DNA of 64,000 bases, taken from contig CM119264.1 in NCBI GenBank assembly GCA_051294375.1, forward strand, positions 27,382,430 to 27,446,429, read 5' to 3'. The position numbers were made by a program, and so were the translations under genes. This stretch comes from Paraspadella gotoi (lineage: Eukaryota > Animalia > Chaetognatha). Every line of letters begins with the position of its first letter. Positions within the stretch are counted from its first letter, which is position 1. Shown here in pieces: positions 11,601-29,085 of this stretch. The notes under the pieces were generated by a model. It was given only the letters and a program-made list of their open reading frames with translations, had not been told where the DNA came from and made no database searches.

Positions 11601-13768
11601 TTTCAATATGAGGAAGTTATGGATATAGTAGTGTTATAGTGTTATAGAGTATGCTGCGAGAAAAATGAGGCCTAGTTCGTATATGATTCCTCAATCCTCA
11701 TATGATGGTATTTTTAGGCAAAAGAGCCTGGAGAAATTATCCGTGCATCGTGCAACACACCCATAGAAACTGTGAATCACTGCACAAAAAACAAAGTAAA
11801 TAAAACTCTTCCTTCTGGTAAAGTGAAAGTCAACATGGAATGAATGTAATACTTTATATCTGCCGTTTCACTTCAGCAAAGTTCCCACTGAAGGGTTTTT
11901 TTTATAATGAAGTTGAATCACCTTTCAAAATTCTAATATTTTTTAGGTTATAACTAATAACTCCAATTATACGAGAAAGATCAAATATTTGTTTTTTTAA
12001 CAATGATTTAGAATTTTCATGTTTTATTTATTTTATTTGCAAGTATTGCAAGAAAAGAAAGGATTCGGCAACAAAGAAACATTTCCAAGGATGTTGCCTC
12101 AGTTTTAAAGTCGAACAACAACCGGGAGAGTCAAGAAGTAAGACGATCTACGTTAAAAACCCGTTTAAATATCGTTGATTTGAGTTAAATATTAAATTTT
12201 GAACTGTACGATTGTAATCGTTAACCAGTCACGGGCGACTGCGTTCCTGATTGCGACGCATGCCAAAAAAAATCCGAAGAAGAGGGCGGTCTCCAGTATC
12301 GATGCGGGTATCAACATTTTAATTCGAAAAGTTTTATGTTGATTTACTTTGATTTTTTATGTCTCTCTTTTCTTTCCCAATCTTTCCTTTTCTCTTTTTT
12401 TTTTATTTATTCTCTTTTCTTTTCCTTTTTGCTTCCCTTTGTGTGATCTTTTTAGTTGCGCCGCGAGTACTCGAGGAGCAACTCTTGGCAAGGCACTTTT
12501 CTATCGCTCTGTAGGTCGGTCGGTATGTCAGTCCGTCCGTCCATCGGTCTGTCTCACTTGCGGTAATGCTCATTACTCGCTTATAGTTGCTCATTTGTTA
12601 AGAAGGGAAAAGTCCTCAAATCTAAGTGACTGCTAGCGCCGCCTTAAGGAAATCCTAAAACTGTAAGGAATAAAAGACAGAATTTGGATGCAGTGCATGT
12701 CATAAATACACGGGCTAAGAAAGTTATTGTAGTTATGTAGACATGTAGTCATTTTATGTTATGTTATGTCACGTAAAAATAAAGTCACTGCGGCGCAACA
12801 CTTTGGATGAACCGATCTTGTTTTTCTATCTTCCTATTTCCATTCGTATTTTTATCATGAACCCTTTTTTTCTCTTTTATTTTCTTCCTTTTCCCGTTTT
12901 CCCTTTTCATTTTGGTTTTGCGCGAGTACTCGCGGAGCAACTCTATATGTCACTTTTTGGTCATGTCGGTCGGTATGGTCTGCCTCAGTCTGGTCCCACT
13001 GTTAAAAATGCATATAATTTGCCTATAGTTAGTTGCTCATTTGTTGAGACAGAAAAAATTCCAAATCCAAAGGACTGCTAGCGCCGCCTTAAGGAATTCC
13101 TAAACCTATAAAGAATAAAAGGCGGAATTTTGCTGCAAAGTTAGTCATGTAATGTCATATCATATCATATTATGTGATCAAAGAAAAATATACGTGAAAA
13201 TAAAGTCACTGCGGCGCAACACATTGGAATTACCGTTCTTGTTTTTTTTCCTTTTCTCTTTTTACTTTATCGCTTCTTCCCCTTTCCTCCCTCTTTCTTT
13301 CCCCCCTCTTTCTTTTCTCCCTCTTTCTTTCCTCCCTCTTTTTTTCCTTCTCTTTCTTTCCTCCCTCTTTCTTTTCTCCCTCTTTCTTTCTTCCCTCTTT
13401 CTTTCCTCCCTCTTTCTTTCCTCCCTCTTTCTTTCCTTCTTTCCTTTTCTCTATTTTTATTTTTCGCCCCATTTTTCTTTCTGTTTTCTTAATTCCTCGT
13501 TCTATCCCTTCTCGTTTTTTTTTCTGTCATTTTCTCCTTCATCTGTTTCTTTTCTTTCCTTTCTTTTCATCGCAGAGGACTAGCTGCGTATCAAAATGAA
13601 TTGAACCCGACCGAAGAGGCGCTGGAAAACGAGAAGAATGCGCTGAAGAAGCAGGAGAACGAGACTGGAAAGGCTCGTCGAGATGCGTCCGGCGGTAGCT
13701 TCGTCTTCGTCGTCGTCCTCGCCGCCATCGTCCTTTCGGTCTTTTCGGTCGCTGACATTTATATCTAG
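8660..13768 (+). CDS. Cys-rich protein with signal peptide, three 8-Cys repeats and probable GPI-anchor signal (~278 aa)
   Basis: Nine GT-AG exons 8660-8741, 9037-9078, 9473-9566, 10731-10852, 11217-11269, 11718-11795, 12044-12137, 12229-12307, 13576-13768 are phase-consistent. N-terminus MKWALAIVATSLATILA; C-terminus ASGGSFVFVVVLAAIVLSVFSVADIYI*. Confidence 0.8.
9769..10622 (-). mobile_element. Degenerate Tc1/mariner-superfamily DNA transposon inside an intron
   Basis: Perfect 14-bp terminal inverted repeats CAGGGAGGTCCAGC flanked by TA on both sides (9767-68, 10623-24). Minus-strand remnants DFWPLSFSDCNPL and HLEKVMVAEGKSFE resemble the WPPxSPDLNPLD and RLxxVxxAEGGxFE motifs. Confidence 0.85.
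12449..13230 (+). mobile_element. Two tandem copies of a non-autonomous Helentron/DINE-1-like repeat (~430-bp period)
   Basis: Shared blocks gcgagtactcg..gagcaactc, a gtcggtcggt microsatellite, gctagcgccgccttaagg and aaagtcactgcggcgcaacac. Sub-terminal inverted repeat gttgcgccgc/gcggcgcaac. Family assignment is inferred from this architecture. Confidence 0.65.
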
Positions 13769-13949
13769 AGAAGCAATTTTTTGAGGGGTTGTGGAATTGA
13801 TACCTATTTGTTTTTACAATTGATATCTTTTCTAAAAGTTACGTTTAACGATTGGAAAATGTATGTATTAAAAGTTGTATTAAAAAGTCGTTAAAAATCT
13901 CTCGAGAATCAACTGCATAAAAATATTAAATAAGGAAGTAAGTTTTTTT

Positions 13950-16900
13950 TCATATTGCTAAAACGCTATTCTCCCGGTCGCCGACCAAACTTTGCTCCCA
14001 TTCTCCCACGATGGTCGAGCTCCAGCAAACGCAATAAGTCGCAAGAAAAACGACGCAGAATTCGTACAAATCTGTGGCGCCACTCGCTATGCCACTCGCC
14101 GTGCCATCCGCCGCGCCACTCGCCGCGCCAACAACTGCGCCACCAACGGCGTCGAAAAAGACTCGAATGACGCGGTGATTGGCGGCGAAAAAGCTGAACA
14201 TTCCGACGGCGGATGAGGCGAAGAGGATAGCGGCGGCGGCGTGGCGGAGTCGAGCGGCGGCGGGGGCGGACAAGGAGAGGGTGAGGCGGAGGTAAAGGGG
14301 GTGAGTCTGGATAAGGAAGGGGGAGGGTGAGGGAGTTGAGGTGGTGATTATGATGAATCGTTCGTCCACGTTGTCATTAAGAAAATTCCGTTTCGATTCA
14401 ACATCGAAATTTTATCAATTTCGCTGAATGATGATGATGATAATCATGACCATGATGATGATGACGATAATGATGATAATGATGACGACGATGATAATGA
14501 ATCTCCGCTAAAGTTTCTTCCCGACAATAACATTTTTCCGCACCGTCTCCACCTGAAATCTTTTGGCCGACGTTTCGGCCAAGATGCCGACAAAATTGAG
14601 GAGCGACCAGACGAGGATGAACTTCCTGCATCCGTGCCAGACGAAGATGTAGACGAAGCAGGCCAGAGTCGCCAGGAGTCGACGAGCCATTCCGAGGCGG
14701 GAGCCTCCAAGCGGGATGTAGATGTGGCGATGAAGGAAGTTGTAGAATCCTGGGTTGGTCACGTTTGAATTTTTTTCCCCATTTCATTTCATTTCATTTC
14801 ATTTCATTTCATTTCATTTCATTTCATTTCATTTCATTTCATTTCATTTCATTTCAATTTATTTCATTTCATTTCAATTTATTTCGTTTCAATTCATTTC
14901 ATTTCTTTTCTTTTCTTTTCTTTTCTTTTCTTTTCTTTTCTTTTCTTTTCTTTTCTTTTCTTTTCTTTTCTTTTCTTTTCTTTTCTTTTCTTTTCTTTTC
15001 TTTTCGTTTCTTTGATACTTTGCTTTTTGTCTTTTCCTTTCTTTTCTTACTTTTCTTACTTTACTTTTCTTTTCCATTTTTTTTATTTCTTGGTTTTTCC
15101 TTAAATTGCTTAACCGACGACCTTTGTCAAAGTTCTTCCACATGTCCGAGTAGAGAACGACCCTGGCGGGACATTTGGGCGGAGAGGGCGCCACCACCCC
15201 GTCGACGGAGGCGAGGAGCCGATGTGAAGCGAAGACGAGGAGATATTTGACGTAAAAAGAACTGACCTGAGATGGAAGAAGGAGGAGAGGAGGAGGAGGA
15301 GGGAGGGAAGGGGGAGAAAGGGGAGGAAGGGGGATAGAGTGGGAGAGGAGAGAAAAAGGTGAATGAGGATAGATGATGAGGATAGAAAAGGGGGGGGTAG
15401 AAAGGGGGATAGAAAGGGAGGGAGATGAGAAAAAGGGGAAGAAGAAGGAAGAGTGGAAGGAGACATCGTGAGAAAATTTGTTGATTTAATTTTAAAGAAA
15501 ATTTATAGGAAATTGAAATATTTATAATACAGACTTTTACAAATTACAATCACGACATTTATCATCACGAGACTTTAAATTACGTAATTTAAAATCACAA
15601 TCTTTACAATCAAGAGATTTAAATACATAACTGATTAAACGGTATAAATTAATACGGTTTCAGATGTCGTCATACGAGCTCACATGAGGTAAGTAAAATT
15701 CAGAAGAGGTCGCTGACCCAAAAAGAGCATCGCTACAATTACAACACTTACGATGACAACATTTACATTCTCAAAACAACCTCCCGAGGATTCCTCTCTC
15801 CTCACTCCTCACTTCCTCACTCCTCACTCCTCACCCGCCAAGAAGCCGACGGAAGCGAGATCCCTCAACCCCAGCATCTTCAACATCACCTCGTCCGTCA
15901 GGAGGACGTTGGAGAAGAGGAGATGGAGTGAGGCTTCGAGTAGGAGGAAGAGGAGGATAAGGTGAAGCAGTCGAAGGAGGAAGAGGAAGAGGAAAGGAAA
16001 GGAAGTGGGCGTGGCCTTCTGTCTTTCGTTTTTCGTTTTCGTAAATTTGAAAAAATCTTCGTAGAGAAGAAAAGGACCGACGAAGAAAAGAGGAAGATAA
16101 AAATTGTAGGAGAAAAGATCGAGGAAGGAGCAGAAGATGTCGTCGTTGTTGTCGTTGTCTTCGTGGTCGTTTTCGTCGTCGTGGTCATCGTGATTTTCTT
16201 CGCGAATTCTTTTCCTTTTCCGCAGCCGAATTCTTTTGTCTTCGTCGTCGTCGTCGTCTTCCTCTTTCCTCTCCTCCCTTAAATCTTCTTCCTCCCTCCT
16301 CTTCCTCTTCCTCCTCCTCTCCATCTTCCAACAGGCGTAACTTATTCCCCGATTCAGAGTCAAGGTGAAACTGATCGTCCAGAAATACCAGGTGACTGGA
16401 TGCCAGGCGAAGAGGCCTGACGAAGGAAGGAAGGAGACGGCGAGGAGCGTCGAGAGATTCACGCCCCAAATGAGTGGGAGGGGATTGATTGACTGTTTTT
16501 TTTAAAAAAAAGTTTTTTAAATTAATATTTTATTTAATATTTTACTTAATATTTTTTTTATTTTATATGTAAACTCAATTTTTTTCTTAATACTCTATCA
16601 TAATTTACATACATGTTTAAATTATATTTTACGTAATATTTACTTTAAATTTTACTTAATATTTTGTGATAATTAATTATTTCAACTAACCATGCTCAAA
16701 CCGCCGCAAATGACGATGACGACGAAAACGACGACGCCGACGTGCAGACAGACCGGTACAAATCCCAAAATATAAGTTAAAGTCGCCAAACAAAAGACAC
16801 CAAGAATCGAATTTCTTCCGCGAGATGTCAGCGGCGAACGGTGGAGGAAATTAGACAAAAGAACATGACCCGCGTAGAATGGAAGGAGGGTTGAGACCAG

Positions 16901-17846
16901 GAGTTTGAAGACTTCGTATTCCGTGTTGTGGGTTTCCTTTGGAAGGGAAGGGAAGGGAATGGAAGGGAAAGGAAGAGAAGTGAAGGCAGGGAAGGGTAGG
17001 GAAGAGAAGGGAAGGGAAAGGAAGGGAAGGGAAGGGAAGGGAAGGGAAGGGTAGGCAGGGAAGGGTAGGGAAGAGAAGGGAGGGGAAGGGAAAGGAAGGG
17101 AAGGGAAGGGAAGGGAAGGAAAAGGAAGGGAAGGGAAGGGAAAGGAAGGGAAGGGAAGCAAAGTGAAATGTTGAACCATCATTGGTTCCCCTTTTCTTAT
17201 CACAATTCGACCTCACCTTTCAAAACTCACCCTGAAAGGCCCGACGCTTCTCCAAACGCCCGTCGAGGGTCGGAACGGCCATTTGTCGGCGGCGGCGTTC
17301 TCGGCGTCTTTTACGGCGTCGGCGTCGGCGTCGAAGGGGACGTCGGCGACGATGGCCGCGACGTCATCGGCGCGACGACGAAAAACGAGAGAAGACAAAA
17401 CGAAGACGCGATGAGTCATGTAGATGGCGCTCACTGTTTGAAAAGGAGAGGGGGCGGTTTGGACATTATTTATTCCTCTGTTTGTTATTTGTGTTTCTTT
17501 CCGTTATATTTTTTTTTTCATCTAGTTTATTGCGTCCATTGCTGGAAAGACATTAAGTACCATAGATACAGACAAAGACATAGTCTTTCCACATCAAAAG
17601 TGAATATCAAACATATCGACCTTTTCTCATCATTATCTTTTTTCATCATCTTTCTCAGGATCATATAGATTATGTATCATCCCATTAACAGCCCCATCTA
17701 CAGCTCCATCAACATCCCAATAGACAGGCTCATCAACAGCCCCATCAACAGCCCCATCCGCCTCCTCCCCAATTCAACCCACGAATCGTGCAGACGAAGT
17801 AAACTCCTTTTTCGTATTCGTGAAAACTTCGCCGAAAATTCGTCAT
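13950..17846 (-). CDS. HHAT: Hedgehog acyltransferase-like MBOAT protein (~620 aa; one apparent +1 frameshift)
   Basis: Exons 17846-17783, 17433-17231, 16936-16691, 16492-15835, 15266-15122, 14749-14553, 14306-13950. Motifs YNFYLPLFFVGP, YVKY, YSDMWKNFDKGFYNFLHRHIYIPLGGS and VWHG (catalytic His). Confidence 0.85.
14781..15005. repeat. Intronic (ATTTC)n followed by (TTTTC)n microsatellite
   Basis: Directly visible pentanucleotide arrays. Confidence 0.95.
16940..17158. repeat. Intronic (GGAAG)n-type repeat
   Basis: Directly visible; forms the pyrimidine tract before HHAT exon 3 on the minus strand. Confidence 0.9.
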
Positions 17847-18098
17847 CGTGAAAAGAAAAAAAAGTCGTGAATCGTGAGTCGTGAAATGAGAATGAAATGT
17901 GAATCTTCTTCGCGACGAGAATTTTTGTGAATCTCAATTATTATTTATTCCTTCTTTTTCACGCGATTTTCATCGGAAAAAAAAATCCATTTGAATTCTT
18001 TCTTCTTTCTTCCTCTGCTCGATTCTCTTTCCTGTGATCTCTCTTTTTTTAAATATTCTTATTCAGATTTATTGCCACGTTTCCACTTTCTTTTATTC

Positions 18099-18207
<109 letters not shown>

Positions 18208-18482
18208 GCCTTTCTCTTATTGCTTTTTCGCCATCTTGCTCTATTTAGCTTTCTCCAACTCCTGAACACCTCGCGGCGCCACTTGGTGCATCTATTTGTC
18301 TTTCTCTCTGTCTCTCTCCCTCCCCCACTCCCTCTCTAGCAATTCCCCCCCAACGAACCGAGAGTTAGAGTGGCATCCAACAAGATCAGATTTGACCATA
18401 AATTAAATCAACTAACGAACAACAAGGACTCGGGTGACTTATGCCAGAAAAATTCTGTCCTCGTGGCTGGGTTAGTGTTTGT

Positions 18483-18588
<106 letters not shown>

Positions 18589-19216
18589 TAGGTGGCGCTA
18601 ACAGCCGGTATAACAGACCTTTGGCGCTGTATTCAGGTTTTCACGTTTTCTTTTTTTTTGCCCTCGTAGTCGTTTTTATCATTGTCGTCTTTCTGGTCGT
18701 CGTCATCGTCGTCTTTGTTTGTTTTTGGTTGTTTTTTTTTCAATAGATGCGAATTTTACGTTTTGGACGTATTTCCCCAAATCTAACGCCATATTGCGTC
18801 TACAGTTTCGCGTGTTTTCCCAAATTAATCTTTAAATTAACCCCCAAGAAATGTAAATTAGGATAATAATTGATTCTATTAATCCTATTAACTCAAAATC
18901 TTTTTAAATTTAGATGCAGACAATTTTGGCCGTAAGCTTTACCGCTGGGAAGAGTATTTTCGTAACTGTGTGACTTCTCTTACGATCTGATTCTTAGTCA
19001 TTTTCTGAGAGATATTTTGTCAAGACGCGGGATTCTTGGCATAAGATGGTAATCAGTGATGTAGTGGCAAAAATTGTCACGTTAAATTCTTGTCTTTTGT
19101 GGCAAGAATCAATTTGGGAAAATCTATTACTCGAAATTAAGTAATAAATTTCGGTCGGTGAAGACTGATTGATTTTTATTCGATTAATGTGACTCTGTCT
19201 GTCTTTGCGTCTCTCT

Positions 19217-19278
<62 letters not shown>

Positions 19279-19426
19279 CCTCTCTCTCTCTCTCTCTCTC
19301 TCTTCTCACTCTCTTCCACTATCACAGGGGAAAGACTTACAAACTCAAGTCATGAAAATTCTTGAATTACAACAACCTGAGCGGTTTTTAAAACGGTGAT
19401 CTTATTTACCTAATGTCTTTTTTCAA

Positions 19427-19541
<115 letters not shown>

Positions 19542-20637
19542 TCCCTCCCTCTAAAATTTTTTCCCCTCTCCATGTCACGCTCTGCGGGTTTGGCTCGAAC
19601 AACGCCGCCGACGACGACGACGACTATAACGACGACAACGACCGCGATATAAAACTGCCTGGCCGCCCTGGACGCCGACGCCGACGACGACCACGACGAC
19701 TATAAAGACGACTACGACGATAACGACGACGACGATCGATCGCAAAGATTCTGACGCGAATCCTGGACGGGAAAACTTTTTTTTTCTTTTAGTCTTTCAT
19801 TCGCGTTTTAAGTCAAAGAAGAAAAAAAATAATGTTTACCTTAAGTCGCTTCCCGATTTTAAAAGGAAATCATTTCTTTTATGTTCGACGCTGAGTCTTA
19901 GCCTAAGTTAAAAAATAAAAAGAAAAAAATATAAAAAAAATATACCAACTCATTCACTGAAATTTCATTCCCGCTTTGAATAAATTTTCAGAAAATCATT
20001 CAACCGTACTCTCGTTGAATAATTTTTTTTTACCTTTTCATGAACTTTTTTGATAGGACCTATCATAGGTATATATTTAACGTTCTAGAAATAATAACTA
20101 TTCTTATTTGCTTATCGGCACATTATAATACCGTCCATAGGATACACATAATATAAATTCTACAAGTACAACTAAACACAACGAAATACCCATTAAGTAG
20201 ACTAGAAGTGTTCTGGCTCATGAACTCATGAACTATTCATTCGACTCATCCGCTTCATTTATTTCGTTCATCTTCTCCAATAAACTTGATTCATTAACCT
20301 TATTCATTTTACTCATTTTCATTCATTTCCCTCTAATGAAACTTCATTCTTTCGTGTCATTCGTGCGAGTCGGTTTGTCTCTCGCGTGATTTGAAATCTC
20401 TGTAACGAAGACTCGAAATTCGATTTTAAATCGAGAAAACTTCGTAAAAACGAGTCATCGACCTTTTTTTTTGCTGTCAATCGCATCGAAATTGTGAACA
20501 TTAAAAAAATGTTCTTATCTTATGTTTGACTTCTTTTTAACTTTGTCAAATAATATTTTTTTCTCTCTTTATTTTTTTAAAGGAAAATTTAAAGTTTTCT
20601 GAGTTTCCACTCCGGATCGACCGCGACTCGAATCAAA

Positions 20638-25509
<4,872 letters not shown>

Positions 25510-26105
25510 TTCCTACTGTCGCCGTTGGCGTCGCAATCGACGAAAATCAGCAACAACCTTCAAACCTTTCCCTTTTTTTTCTCTCTCTGTCTCACTCTCG
25601 TTTGTAAAAGAAATGTAACTGCCCAGTGGACTTCATAATACACTAAATTAATCCTCACATTATCGAGGAAAAGCACAACTAAGCCGTCATTAGGTTTCTT
25701 AGTTTTGCGGAATTAGAACTTTATTTTTTTAGAGGCGAGCTATTAGTTTATTACTATATTAAAATAATGGCTTAATAATCAGAGTACGGTCAAACGATAA
25801 TTATTGTAAGTAGAATGTAGAAGATGGAAGAATAGAGAAAAGAAAAACATGAGTTTTTTAACGATTGTTATAATCAAACAAATGTCAACTTCAAAGATAA
25901 TATATTACAATTGAAAAATTTTTTTATGTTTGATATTTCACGTAAATACAACACATAGATAATGAAATTAGAAATAAATCAAGCCGTGCCTGAACTAAAT
26001 TGATTGAAAAACTTTTACAATATTTTTGTTAGATTAGATATATGTACAAAAGAAAACAAAAGAACCGTCAGCATCTTCTTCATGTTGTCGTCGTTGTTGT
26101 TATTC

Positions 26106-27664
26106 TCAGACTCTCTCGAAACTACCTCGACTGTTGATCCAGAGAAAGACGAGGACAGAAGCGATGATGAGCATCGGACCCGTAGGAAGTTGAAAGTAGA
26201 AGGAAAGTCCGAAGACTCGATCGTTAATGTTATTCCCCATGTCGATGAACCTGGGATTTAATGGGGTAAATCGATAAGAGATTTGGGCGCTATTTTGCGA
26301 AAGTGGCACATTTCCGTTCCTCATCCTTGAATTAATTTGAATTTTGATATTCAATTTTAATTTTTTTACTTAATATTTAATTTAATCCTTAACCCAAATA
26401 CTAATCTTGGTTTTAATGCAAACCTAATTTCCTCATCCTAATATTAGGGGTAATTTTAATTAGTCTAGTACCCTCAGAAAAAAATTTAATACTATAATTT
26501 ATTTTTACGATAGATTATATTAATGCTGTATACATTAGCAATTAAATTTCATCGGCTATGGCTATAATATATACCTAATATATCCTTTAACCAAATATTT
26601 AACTTATTCGAACTGCCCGATAACTTACCTGATGCCGTAGTACCAGGCGCCGGCGCCGCCGAAGACGCTGACTTGAATGACGACCATGAGTCCGGAGATC
26701 AACAGCATCCAGGCTGCGGCCTTTGTTCGTTTGATGTTGAAAGCCTTTGATGGGGAAAGTTAAAAAAATATTTAAAATACTTGGATGACTTTTTATAAGG
26801 TACTTTAGACAATAGATATCGTTATTATATTTCGTCGCTATAGTCGTAATAATAATAATCATTAATAATTTTCGTATAATCGGTCTCACGCGTGTGTATT
26901 CCATGATCAACAATACGATGCTGAAGAAAGTCATTGCGATAGAAAACATTGCCGCCAATTGACAAACGAAAAGCCTAGAAAAAGAAATATTAATAATAAT
27001 ATTGATATAAAACGAAGAATATAAAAGTGGCCGCTTAATGAGCCTCACCAAATGGGCGTCTTCATGAATTTTCCGGAATCGTAAAAGCGACAATCGACCC
27101 ACCAGTTCGGATCTCCGCAGTCCTGGAAACATTTATATTACGTGATCTCGGTTATCCATATTCAGTTATTCACTGCATGCTTTCTGCATAGTTTCTTTCC
27201 TCACACATGAATGAACTTCATTAGATTTGGGAGACGGTCAGATCGCAAAGAACACGACCGGTCATCTCAATAAAATAACAAGGGCATTGAATTGGGAACA
27301 CAATGCTAACTCGGCACACTGTGATGCTTTAATTATATATTGCGTCTTTCAGGTGTTTCCGTGTGCCTTGACTCTTTTAAGCTAAATTTAATCGCCGTGA
27401 AAAAGCATTATCTCTGATATTGACCAATGACCAAACCGCCAATTTGACACCAGGACGTCGTGCTTGTCATGAAAGTTTCCAGGTCGACCGACTCACCGCG
27501 AACAAACCGTCGTGTCTGTGCTTGGTCATGCCCGGTCTGTCCAGCCAAATCGCCCACCAGGGGGCGATGGAGCAGATGGCGTCCAAGCAGAAGGCGACGA
27601 CGGAAAAGACCAACGCCACCGAAATCTGGTTCACGAGTTTCTGGTCTCCGTTGGTGACCCTCAT
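26106..27664 (-). CDS. PMP22/EMP/claudin-superfamily tetraspan membrane protein
   Basis: Exons 27664-27497, 27122-27049, 26974-26890, 26744-26629, 26325(or 26250)-26106. Four hydrophobic segments; W..GLFxxC..C first-loop signature; FGLSFY before TM4. Confidence 0.8.
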
Positions 27665-28084
27665 TTTGGCTCCAGTCGGAGTAAGGTCGGGTGAGTTTAG
27701 AGTCAGGTGGAGTCCGAACAAATCGGGTAAGTTTAGTATGAATGTATTGAATACGTTTCACTTTTACTTTTTCTGGTTGAATAAAATTATAATTAAAGTT
27801 TTTTTTCCAATTTACGATGAATCATTAACAAAATTAATCTTTATTAGTTTGAGGTAATAGTTAAGGAATAACGACTATTATTTCACAATAAAATAAACGC
27901 GATAGTGATTCTTCTCAGGGATCGCCGCTGTCATTATTCTCCTTTGACGGCTTTTCATTTGTTAAATAAAGTAATAGCTTTCTTCTTTAAAATTATAAAA
28001 CTTATGTTACGTTTCTTGACGTTAATTATATATCATCGAAATAAAGATGGAAGGCCTTTTTTTGTTCGGAATGAAAATGCTCGA

Positions 28085-28780
28085 TTTCTGATTGGTTGTT
28101 TTGTTCACAGAAGCGGTTTCTGATTGGTTGAACGAACTGTGGAAAAAGGTAAGTCCCTCCCAGGTAGGGGCACGAAAAACAGGTTTTTGATTTTAACCGT
28201 TGATCTTTTGTTGATAAAGAATGAATGAGTTGGCTGCAACTCCCCTCTCCGAAAAAAAAACAAAAAACAAAACAAAACAAAAAAACAAAATGGTATCGAA
28301 GAAAGAACAAGACGAATGGTCCTCATTTACGTATTTATTAATATTGTTTTAATATCAATCTTTGATTCTTTATGCATGTTGATCTGGGTTATTAAAACCC
28401 TTTTTGATCAATCTCACTGTTTGTTTGAGACATCATTTAACTAACTTTTATTGTAGCCATGAACGTGGTTAATAATTATTCAACTGTAAATATAAAAGGG
28501 AAGATGTTTTACAAATGAGAATAATAGTAAAGATCTAAGTATCGTCTGGTTATGTTTTCGTTAGGTTTTAATACCCGATTAGAAATATAATTAATTGAGT
28601 AATGATGGGAAAACTAAAAGCTCAAGAAAGCTGATTTCGTTTAATTAACATATTGATTCGTCGTTCTCTTCGAGTCTAAAAGAAATGAATTAATATAAAT
28701 AAACATTAATTTTTGAGACGAGAAGACAATTTAATCTCCTGTGATTCTGATTGGTCGGATTCACGGGTCACGTGACCGAA
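28085..28780. promoter_or_regulatory. Putative promoter elements between divergent genes (CCAAT boxes, palindromic E-box)
   Basis: ctgattggt near 28088, 28120 and 28747; perfect palindrome GGTCACGTGACC at 28766-28777, about 310 bp upstream of the CYP ATG. Confidence 0.4.
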
Positions 28781-29085
28781 ACCGAGGGCGAATCGAACCT
28801 TGTTTCATGTCAGATGAATCATCGCCAACTCGTTCTGAAAGAACTTTTCGAACTAAAACTTGTTGAAGAAAAAAGAAAAAACAAATTTCAAGTCGATTTG
28901 TTTAGAAGAAAAACTGACTGTTTCGAATCGTTTAGTTTTCCCATAAATTTCATGCCGATTTAAATTATTATTCTTCATAATATAATATGTTTGTAATGTA
29001 TTTTAAAAGAATTAAAAGGAAATCCTTCTTTTCGCTTTCACACTTTTACAGATTGCAACTATAATCCGGAAAGAATCAATCAAAA

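Noticed and set aside
13152-13583. 143-aa F/L/S-rich ORF resembling a membrane protein
   Set aside because: It is the polypyrimidine tract of the last intron of the Cys-rich gene.
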